DNA of 44,294 nt. Origin: an uncultured Planctomycetales bacterium. Lineage in GTDB: Bacteria > Omnitrophota > Gorgyraeia > Gygaellales > Profunditerraquicolaceae. Below are positions 37,683-44,294 of this stretch, one piece after another (within the stretch, counting starts at the first letter, position 1; the number at the start of each line of letters is the position of its first letter). The notes beneath the pieces are model-generated. The model was not told where the DNA came from, did not search any database, and saw nothing but the letters and a program-made list of their open reading frames with translations. The translations under genes and the position numbers were made by a program. The DNA is taken from contig CAZPNW010000074.1 of assembly GCA_964588175.1 (NCBI GenBank), forward strand, positions 1 through 44,294. Reading direction: 5' to 3'.

Positions 37683-39563
37683 ATGAAGGTAATAACAATG
37701 GACAGTTACGATATTATAGTTGTGGGAGCGGGGCATGCCGGTATTGAAGCCGCGCTTGCTTGCGCGCGGATGGGGGTAAAGACGCTTATGGTGACCTTGA
37801 ATGAGCGCACCATCGGCCTGATGAGTTGTAATCCCGCTATCGGCGGAGTAGGAAAGGGCCAGTTAGTGAAAGAAATCGACGCCCTAGGCGGCCAGATGGG
37901 GAAAGCTGCTGATGCCTGCGGTATTCAATTCAGGATGCTGAATGCTTCTAAAGGCCCGGCAGTGCAGTCCAGCCGCGCGCAGATCGATATGGAGCTTTAT
38001 AATAATTATATGTGTTCGGTTGTTAAGGAGCAGGAACATTTGACTGTTATTGAGGGAGAGGTTGTCCGTTTATTGGTCGAGAATGCGGTTGTTAAAGGAG
38101 TTTTACTGGCGCCTCAAGGGCCTCTTGCCGCGCGGGCAGTTATTATTTGTCCCGGGACGTTTCTCAACGGTTTGATCCATGTGGGGTTAACGCATACGAG
38201 CGGCGGCAGGATCGCTGAAAAGGCAAGTGTTGATCTGGCAATACATTTTAAAGAATTAGGTTTAAAACTCTTACGTTTTAAAACCGGCACCTGCCCCCGG
38301 CTGGATAAGCGTTCAATCGACCTTTCAAAGTTAATGCTTCAGCATGGAGATGAGCCTCCGCGTCCATTTTCATTTTCCACTGCGTCAATAACGCAAAAAC
38401 AGGTCCCCTGTTATATTACGTATACCAATAAGAAAACCCATAAGATTATCAAGGATAACCTGGATAAATCGCCGTTATATGCCGGGATCATTAAAGCGAC
38501 AGGCGTACGGTATTGCCCTTCTATCGAGGATAAAGTCGTTAAATTCGAGGATCGCCTGCGCCATCAGGTTTTTCTGGAACCGCAAGGATATGAAAGCGAT
38601 GCGGTTTATCCTAATGGGTTATCTACCAGTTTACCTCAGGATGTGCAGCTTGAAATCTTGCATTCTATTGAGGGTTTGGAGAAAGCAGCGGTCATCCGTT
38701 TCGGGTATGGGATAGAACATTCGGTTGTCGAGTCCACGCAACTTTATCCGACAATGGAAACAAAACTGGTCAAGAATCTCTATCTTGCCGGACAGATAAA
38801 CGGTACTACCGGTTATGAAGAAGCAGCCGCGCAAGGCTTGATCGCCGGTATAAACGCAGCGTTGCGGATAAAAGATGAAGAGCCGTTGGTACTTGACCGT
38901 TCTACCGGTTATATCGGAGTATTGCTTGATGATTTAACGACTAAAGGGACTCCTGAGCCGTACCGTATGTTCACCTCGCGCGTTGAATACCGCCTTATTG
39001 TGCGTGAAGATAATGCTGATCTGCGGCTCTGTGAGGACGGTTATCGGATAGGTTTGGTATCAAGAGAGCAACGGGAGCAGACACAAGAGAAAGCCGCGGC
39101 GATCAGCAGGGGGTACAAACTTCTGAAAGTTACTAAAGTCAAGCCTTCTCTTGAGACTAATGCCTGTCTTGAACGTTTTAAGATATCTGCGATCAAGAAA
39201 GTCTTTACACTGGAAGCGCTGCTCAAGCGGCCGCAAATAGATATAGAGAGGCTTAAAAGCCTGGGGCTGGATAAATTAGAAATACCAGAGAATGCTTTAA
39301 AACAAATAGAAATTGAGGTAAAATATAGTGGATTTATAGAGCGGCAGATCTCGGAAGTAGAGAAATTCAAACATTTGGAAAAAATAAGGCTGCCTGAGAG
39401 CCTGGTTTTTACGGATATCCCCGGCTTGTCGCGGGAGATCAGGGAAAAGCTTGCCGGTTTTAAACCTTCGAATTTAGGCCAGGCTTCCCGTATTTCCGGG
39501 GTGACTCCGGCGGCGATCTCCCTTTTGATGGTGTACTTGAAGAAATTCAGGGCAGGAAAATAA
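37683..39563 (+). CDS. mnmG: tRNA uridine 5-carboxymethylaminomethyl modification enzyme MnmG (GidA)
   Basis: YDIIVVGAGHAGIEAALA FAD motif. SCNPAIGG..KG.LV.EIDALGG and other GidA signatures. An alternative start is ATG 37698. Confidence 0.9.
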   Translation: MKVITMDSYDIIVVGAGHAGIEAALACARMGVKTLMVTLNERTIGLMSCNPAIGGVGKGQLVKEIDALGGQMGKAADACGIQFRMLNASKGPAVQSSRAQIDMELYNNYMCSVVKEQEHLTVIEGEVVRLLVENAVVKGVLLAPQGPLAARAVIICPGTFLNGLIHVGLTHTSGGRIAEKASVDLAIHFKELGLKLLRFKTGTCPRLDKRSIDLSKLMLQHGDEPPRPFSFSTASITQKQVPCYITYTNKKTHKIIKDNLDKSPLYAGIIKATGVRYCPSIEDKVVKFEDRLRHQVFLEPQGYESDAVYPNGLSTSLPQDVQLEILHSIEGLEKAAVIRFGYGIEHSVVESTQLYPTMETKLVKNLYLAGQINGTTGYEEAAAQGLIAGINAALRIKDEEPLVLDRSTGYIGVLLDDLTTKGTPEPYRMFTSRVEYRLIVREDNADLRLCEDGYRIGLVSREQREQTQEKAAAISRGYKLLKVTKVKPSLETNACLERFKISAIKKVFTLEALLKRPQIDIERLKSLGLDKLEIPENALKQIEIEVKYSGFIERQISEVEKFKHLEKIRLPESLVFTDIPGLSREIREKLAGFKPSNLGQASRISGVTPAAISLLMVYLKKFRAGK

Positions 39564-39566
39564 GGC

Positions 39567-40238
39567 ATGAAGAAAACAAATGATCATTATCCGCAGCTTA
39601 AAAAATTCTCTTTAGAGAAAGGTTTCGATCTCTTCGGGGTTGCCGATATTACGGAGGTCAAAAAGGAATTCGCGCTTTCTCAGGAAGTAATAAAGGGAAT
39701 GGATCGGGCGGTTTCTGTCGCGGTGAGGCTATCTTCCGGCATCTTGGAAGAGATCATTGATGCTCCCACGCGGCTGTATTTTCATCACTATCGTTGCGCC
39801 AATACTTTTCTTGATCAGGCGGCATTTCAGCTGAGCCAGTATATCCAAAGAAAAGGGTACCGGGCCCTGCCCATCCCTGCTTCACAGATAGTCGATTGGC
39901 AGAAACAATCCGCGCACCTCTCGCATAAAAAGGTCGCGGTACTGGCAGGCTTAGGCTGGTTGGGCAGAAATAACCTGGTAGTCAACAAAAAGCTGGGGGC
40001 GCAATTCCGGCTGGCGACTATTTTGACCGATATGCCGCTTAAGGCTGATAAGCCTGCCGCTGATACCTGCGGGAATTGCCGGGCTTGCGTAGCCGCTTGT
40101 CCTGCCGGGGCGATCAAAGAAAACGCGATTGGCTTTGATCACCAGAGATGTTTTGAGAAATTAAAGGATTTTCAGAAACAGAGGCTCGTGGACCAGTTTA
40201 TTTGCGGGGTATGTGTCACAAACTGCAAGGGAAAATAA
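39567..40238 (+). CDS. Short QueG-like 4Fe-4S protein (epoxyqueuosine-reductase-related)
   Basis: AVLAGLGWLGRNNLVVNKKLGAQFRLATILTDMPL, then CGNCRACVAACPAGAI and CGVCVTNC resemble the QueG core. At 223 aa it is much shorter than canonical QueG. Confidence 0.5.
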   Translation: MKKTNDHYPQLKKFSLEKGFDLFGVADITEVKKEFALSQEVIKGMDRAVSVAVRLSSGILEEIIDAPTRLYFHHYRCANTFLDQAAFQLSQYIQRKGYRALPIPASQIVDWQKQSAHLSHKKVAVLAGLGWLGRNNLVVNKKLGAQFRLATILTDMPLKADKPAADTCGNCRACVAACPAGAIKENAIGFDHQRCFEKLKDFQKQRLVDQFICGVCVTNCKGK

Positions 40239-40241
40239 CCG

Positions 40242-41222
40242 ATGTATTTATTTCTTGTTTTTTTGGTCTTGTTGATGGGAGTCGCGGTCGGTTGGTCGAT
40301 CGGGGCAAATGACGCGGCAAATTCTTTGGGAACCGCCGTCGGATCCCGGGTTTTGAATTTAAAACAAGCGATCCTTTTGATCGTGGTTTTCGGCTTTCTC
40401 GGGGCTTCTTTGCAGGGCTCATATGTAACGCATACCATTGGAAAAGGGATCATTGCGATCGATAAATTAGATAAAACCCTGGCTTTATATGTGGCGATGG
40501 TCGCCATGTTCTCCGCCTGTTTCTGGGTTGTCTTAGCAACCTATCGGAAAATGCCGATTTCAACGAGCCATTCCATTGTCGGTGCAGTTGCCGGGGCCGG
40601 GTTAGCGCTTCAGTCTCCGATCAAGTGGAAAATAATGCTGGATATATTCCTCTGTTGGATCTTTACTCCCCTGGGAGCCGCTATTTTAGGGTATGTGTTT
40701 TACCTTGCCCTAAAGCAAATAGCGCCTTTGATCATTCCTGCGCGTCATTTTCGCGCTACCGTTGCAACTTTGGTTATTTTAAGCGGTTGTTATGTCGCCT
40801 ATACCTGGGGAGCAAACGATGTTGCCAATGCTACCGGTGTTATCGCGGGCGCAGGAATACTTTCCCCCAAAATGAGTGTTGTTTTCGGCGGCCTGGCAAT
40901 CGTCCTGGGGATCATGACGTGGGGATATAAAGTTATAGAAACCATAGGATCAGATATTACCCATCTTCTGCCGCTCATGGCTTTTGCGGCGCAATTAGCC
41001 AGCGCTATTAATGTGCATGTGTACACGTTGTTCGGTATTCCAGTCTCGACAAGCCATTCTATTGTTGGAGCGATCTTCGGCGTGGGTTTGGTTAAAGGTG
41101 TAAAGGTGGTGAACCTGCGGATCATGCGGGAGATCATTATCTGTTGGCTGGCGACACCTTTTATTTCCGGGTTGGTCAGTTTTATTGTTTTGAAGATAAT
41201 TGTATCGTGCATAAAAGTATAA
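40242..41222 (+). CDS. pit: Inorganic phosphate transporter, PiT (PHO4) family
   Basis: Duplicated GANDAANS/GANDVANA signature motifs and PISTSHSIVGA / PVSTSHSIVGA repeats. Confidence 0.9.
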   Translation: MYLFLVFLVLLMGVAVGWSIGANDAANSLGTAVGSRVLNLKQAILLIVVFGFLGASLQGSYVTHTIGKGIIAIDKLDKTLALYVAMVAMFSACFWVVLATYRKMPISTSHSIVGAVAGAGLALQSPIKWKIMLDIFLCWIFTPLGAAILGYVFYLALKQIAPLIIPARHFRATVATLVILSGCYVAYTWGANDVANATGVIAGAGILSPKMSVVFGGLAIVLGIMTWGYKVIETIGSDITHLLPLMAFAAQLASAINVHVYTLFGIPVSTSHSIVGAIFGVGLVKGVKVVNLRIMREIIICWLATPFISGLVSFIVLKIIVSCIKV

Positions 41223-41234
41223 AGGAGGTTTATT

Positions 41235-41903
41235 ATGAAAGAAGTCCGTAATATTTTAGGTTGGTTAGGCATGGCAGAAGAGCATTCTATTTTGCAGGAT
41301 GCTCAAAAACATGTCGATGAGACGTTTAAATGCGTGACGTATTTTGCCGAAGCGGTCAGCGCGTTCATTAAAGGAGACTTGGAGGCAAAAACAATCGCTA
41401 TCGAAAAAGTCAGGGAAAGCGAGCATCAGGCCGATCTCTTGCGTACAAAAATGATCAGCGAGCTTTCCGAGAGCCTGCTTTTGGCTCCTGACCGGGAAGA
41501 CCTGATGCATTTTGTGAAATCATTGGATAAGATCGCTGATTGGACGAATGGCTCCGCCCGCCTCTTGGGGTTTATCGAACAAAAGCTTCCCGATGCTATC
41601 CTGAAAAATATTTCATCCAGCACTGAGTCGATCGTCGCTTCGATCACGAAACTCAAAGACGCCATACAGGCGGTGGTAAAGAACGATCTAAAGAAAACAC
41701 TGCTTGATTGCGCTGATGTCGACCGCTTTGAGCATGAAGCAGACGAGAAAAAGAAGACCTTGATAGAATCGATCATTCACGCCAAACTTGAACCGGCGAC
41801 ATTGTTGTTAAGCTATCAGCTGGCGGAGTATCTTGAAGGCGTAACGGATAAGATCGAGGGTGCCGCTGATTTTATCAAAGTCGTCGCGATAAGGTCGAAA
41901 TAG
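41235..41903 (+). CDS. PhoU-like / DUF47-family phosphate transport regulator (Pit accessory protein)
   Basis: AAGGAGG RBS. All-helical ~220-aa protein with E.EAD motifs (ESEHQADLLR, FEHEADEKK), typical of DUF47/PhoU-related proteins encoded next to pit. Confidence 0.65.
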   Translation: MKEVRNILGWLGMAEEHSILQDAQKHVDETFKCVTYFAEAVSAFIKGDLEAKTIAIEKVRESEHQADLLRTKMISELSESLLLAPDREDLMHFVKSLDKIADWTNGSARLLGFIEQKLPDAILKNISSSTESIVASITKLKDAIQAVVKNDLKKTLLDCADVDRFEHEADEKKKTLIESIIHAKLEPATLLLSYQLAEYLEGVTDKIEGAADFIKVVAIRSK

Positions 41904-41950
41904 GAGCGTATTTTAAAGCCTTTGGCCCCCTGTTTGCCCTTAAAAGCCTT

Positions 41951-42646
41951 ATGAAAGATAAGATCCTTATTGTTGATGATGAGAAGGACATCGTGCGTAT
42001 GCTTGAATACAACCTGAAAAAAGAAGGATTCAGGGTTTTGTGCGCTTTTGACGGTGAATCAGCAGTGCGTTTAGCCCGCCATGACCACCCGGATATTATT
42101 ATCTTGGATTTAATGCTCCCTGGTATTGACGGCTTTGAGGTTTGCCGGCAGCTCAAGAGAGACGATGCGACTCATGCGATCCCCCTGGTTATGCTCAGCG
42201 CGAAAGTCCAGGAATCCGATAAGATAGTTGGCCTTGAACTCGGAGCTGACGATTATGTCACGAAGCCTTTCAGCCCGAGAGAATTGATCGCGCGCATAAA
42301 AGCGGTATTGCGGCGCGTGAAAGAAAAAGAATCTTTGGCGCCCCCTGTCGCAATGAAGGGCCTGGTTATTGATCTTGCCCGGGTCATGGTAGAGTCAGAC
42401 GGCAAGCCGGTTACGCTCACTGCGAAAGAATTCGAGCTGCTCAAGAATCTGGTAGCCGCAAGGGGGAGGGTTTTATCGCGGGATTATCTTTTGGATGCTG
42501 TTTGGGGTTTCGACCATGCTGAGCGGATCCAGACCCGCACCGTTGATGTGCATGTCAGGACGCTGCGTAAGAAACTCAAACACCAGGCCAAACGTATTAT
42601 TACCGTGAAAAGTTACGGGTACCGTTTTCTTTTCGATGAGGAATAA
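41951..42646 (+). CDS. phoB: OmpR/PhoB-family response regulator
   Basis: ILIVDDE...IIILDLMLPGIDG...DDYVTKPFSPREL receiver, plus winged-helix LTAKEFELLKNL...VDVHVRTLRKKL. It sits in a phosphate gene cluster. Confidence 0.7.
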   Translation: MKDKILIVDDEKDIVRMLEYNLKKEGFRVLCAFDGESAVRLARHDHPDIIILDLMLPGIDGFEVCRQLKRDDATHAIPLVMLSAKVQESDKIVGLELGADDYVTKPFSPRELIARIKAVLRRVKEKESLAPPVAMKGLVIDLARVMVESDGKPVTLTAKEFELLKNLVAARGRVLSRDYLLDAVWGFDHAERIQTRTVDVHVRTLRKKLKHQAKRIITVKSYGYRFLFDEE

Positions 42647-42649
42647 TCC

Positions 42650-43849
42650 TTGATATTCTTAGCCGGCAGCCAAATTAAAGAAATTACCAGGATCTTAGAG
42701 AAAGTTCTAACCGGAGATTATCATGTCCGGATCCCTGCGTATTACGCTTCTGTTGCGATAAAACGATTAGTACATGTTTTAAATGAACTTCTGGCAAAAG
42801 TAGAATCTCATGTCGGTCTGCTTGAAAAAGAGAACAGGCAGCATCAAGCTATTCTGGGTAATATGGCAGAAGCGGTGATCGCGGTTGATAAAGATACCCG
42901 GATCATTTCAGTTAATCCTTCGGGAGAAAAGATGCTGAATATCCCGGGGCGCCAGATCGTCGGTAAATTGTTCCTTGAGGTGTTCCCTAATAATGATATT
43001 GGAGAGATCATAACGGATGTCTTACGCAGCGGCAAGTTCCTGCCGAAAGAGTTGAGTGTCATTTGGCCCCTGCAAAAGACATTCCAGGTGAACGCGGCCC
43101 CGTTATTTGAGAACAGCGCGGTAAACGGCTGTGTCCTGGTGATCCATGATATTACCGAGATGAGGAGGCTGGAGAAAGTGCGCTCTGATTTTGTGGCAAA
43201 TGTCTCCCATGAATTAAAGACACCGCTTACCTCGATCAAAGGTTTTGTCGAGACGCTTTTAGAAGGAGCCATCGATGATAAAGAAGAAAGCCGGAACTTC
43301 TTAAAGATCGTTCAGGAGCATGCGGAACGTTTAGACAGGCTGACCAGCGATTTATTAAGCCTCTCGAGCCTGGAGTCGCGCCAGGCGGAAATAAAGAAAG
43401 AAAAGGTCGCGGTCAGGCAACTTGTTGAACAGATCGCCTCAGGATTCAGCGTTCAGTTAAAAAAGAAGTCTTTGCGATTCGAAAATAAAGTGTCTGATGA
43501 TGTTTCTGCCCATGCGGATAAGAACAGGATAGAACAGGTATTCACCAATCTTATCGATAATGCTATTAAATTTAACCGTGAAAGCGGTTTGGTAGAAGTC
43601 TCTGCGCTTATGCAGGGAGGGTTTGTGAAGTTTATCGTTAAGGATACCGGCAGCGGTATTCCTGAAAAAGATATTCCCCGTATCTTTGAACGTTTTTACC
43701 GCGTTGATAAAGGGCGTTCCCGCGAACTCGGAGGAACCGGCCTTGGCCTTTCTATCGTTAAGCACATAATCGAATCGCACGACGGAAGTGTAGGGGTGGT
43801 AAGCACCGAAGGCCTGGGTTCAGAGTTTTGGTTTACCCTGAGCGTCTGA
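42650..43849 (+). CDS. phoR: PhoR-like sensor histidine kinase without transmembrane region (HAMP-like, PAS, HisKA, HATPase)
   Basis: TTG start 3 nt after phoB. DFVANVSHELKTPLTSIKGF H-box. N, G1 and G2 boxes (NLIDNAIKF, DTGSGIP, GGTGLGLSIVKH). RFYRVDKGRSR is typical of PhoR. Confidence 0.7.
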   Translation: MIFLAGSQIKEITRILEKVLTGDYHVRIPAYYASVAIKRLVHVLNELLAKVESHVGLLEKENRQHQAILGNMAEAVIAVDKDTRIISVNPSGEKMLNIPGRQIVGKLFLEVFPNNDIGEIITDVLRSGKFLPKELSVIWPLQKTFQVNAAPLFENSAVNGCVLVIHDITEMRRLEKVRSDFVANVSHELKTPLTSIKGFVETLLEGAIDDKEESRNFLKIVQEHAERLDRLTSDLLSLSSLESRQAEIKKEKVAVRQLVEQIASGFSVQLKKKSLRFENKVSDDVSAHADKNRIEQVFTNLIDNAIKFNRESGLVEVSALMQGGFVKFIVKDTGSGIPEKDIPRIFERFYRVDKGRSRELGGTGLGLSIVKHIIESHDGSVGVVSTEGLGSEFWFTLSV

Positions 43850-43945
43850 TAGCTTTAGTGTTGGTTAAGTCGAAGGGTTTACCCTGAGCGCCTGATAGCT
43901 TTACCTGTTAATTCAGTCGAAGGGCTTACCCTGAGCGTGTAGCTT
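43831..43945 (+). repeat. Three tandem copies (46-47-bp period) of the last codons and stop of phoR
   Basis: GTTTACCCTGAGCGTCTGATAGCTTTA (43831-43857, includes the phoR stop), GTTTACCCTGAGCGCCTGATAGCTTTA (43877-43903) and GCTTACCCTGAGCGTGTAGCTT (43924-43945). The last two are each preceded by GTCGAAGG. Confidence 0.8.
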
Positions 43946-43993
43946 CCTAATTTCGAAATCTCCGGATATCCCATTTTCCTCTAATTTTATGAT

Positions 43994-44178
43994 GTAACTT
44001 TACGGTCATGCTTACGCGCACTGAAAACTTTCGCCGTGCACTGCGGTTTACGGCTCGTTTACGCTATAGACTTACGTAAAGAGCGCGCTTCAACTCGCCG
44101 TAATCCCTTGTGCACTCCAGGTAAAACTCAGTGCCGAAAGTTTTCTAATGTGCGCTCCAGCATAACCGTAAAGTTTAC
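43994..44178. repeat. Long imperfect hairpin (~40-bp stem) built from reiterated TTACG/CGTAA motifs
   Basis: GTAACTTTACGGTCATGCT...GAAAACTTTCG (43994-44033) against CGAAAGTTTTC...AGCATAACCGTAAAGTTTAC (44135-44178). TTACG occurs at 44000, 44012, 44048, 44059 and 44072; CGTAA at 44075, 44099 and 44167. Confidence 0.7.
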
Positions 44179-44181
44179 CAC

Positions 44182-44294
44182 CAACCATGGACTATCGACC
44201 ATTGACCATCGACTCTTTGCGACATGGGACCTGCGACTTGTGTCCGGTTAATGTCCTTATGAGTGAACGGGTCCCTGCCTACCGGCAGGCAGGC
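44182..44294 (+). repeat. Second copy (inverted relative to the first, truncated by the window end) of the 29117-29753 element: heptad GAC block plus the start of the structured core
   Basis: GAC at 44190, 44197, 44204, 44211, then 44221, 44228, 44235. GCGACATGGGACCT...GAGTGAACGGGTCCCTGCCTACCGGCAGGCAGG aligns with the reverse complement of 29401-29500. Confidence 0.7.

Noticed and set aside
43869-43903. GUCGAAGGGUUUACCCUGAGCGCCUGAUAG looked superficially hammerhead-like (CUGA.GA / GAA elements around a small hairpin)
   Set aside because: The order of the elements is reversed relative to the hammerhead core (GAA precedes the hairpin, CUGAG follows). CUGAUGA is not present, and no three-way junction can be drawn.

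Overview
This 44.3-kb window looks like an uncultivated anaerobic Gram-negative bacterium, inferred from gene content only: rnfCDGEAB, a class II B12-dependent ribonucleotide reductase and an archaeal-type phosphoglycerate mutase. About 40 protein genes and 2 tRNAs are supportable. In order: a partial outer-membrane barrel; an operon of two orphan periplasmic binding proteins plus a chemoreceptor; a PilZ / REC-GGDEF(GGDDF) / CheC signalling cluster; a glycan-utilisation locus (sugar ABC binding protein, two permeases, two paralogous clan GH-A hydrolases, a tandem-duplicated secreted binding-like protein, TPR proteins); tRNA-fMet, ftsB, eno; ftsH; purN; rnfCDGEAB; an MFS transporter; tRNA-Thr; ROK and LacI regulators; nrdJ with NrdR boxes; apgM; mnmG; a short QueG-like protein; pit, a PhoU-like gene, phoB and phoR. 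The most unusual signal is non-coding. A GC-rich, highly structured, ORF-less element of about 0.63 kb lies next to tRNA-Thr (29117-29753). It is flanked by blocks in which G(A/T)C recurs at a strict 7-nt period. A second, inverted copy begins at the window end (44182-44294), and a stem base pair shows a compensatory change between the two copies. Related oddities are long imperfect hairpins built from reiterated short motifs (37559-37680, 43994-44178) and 46-47-bp tandem repeats that copy the 3' end of phoR. I found no CRISPR array, transposase, integrase or recognisable defence genes. All calls are by eye; no searches or folding computations were run.
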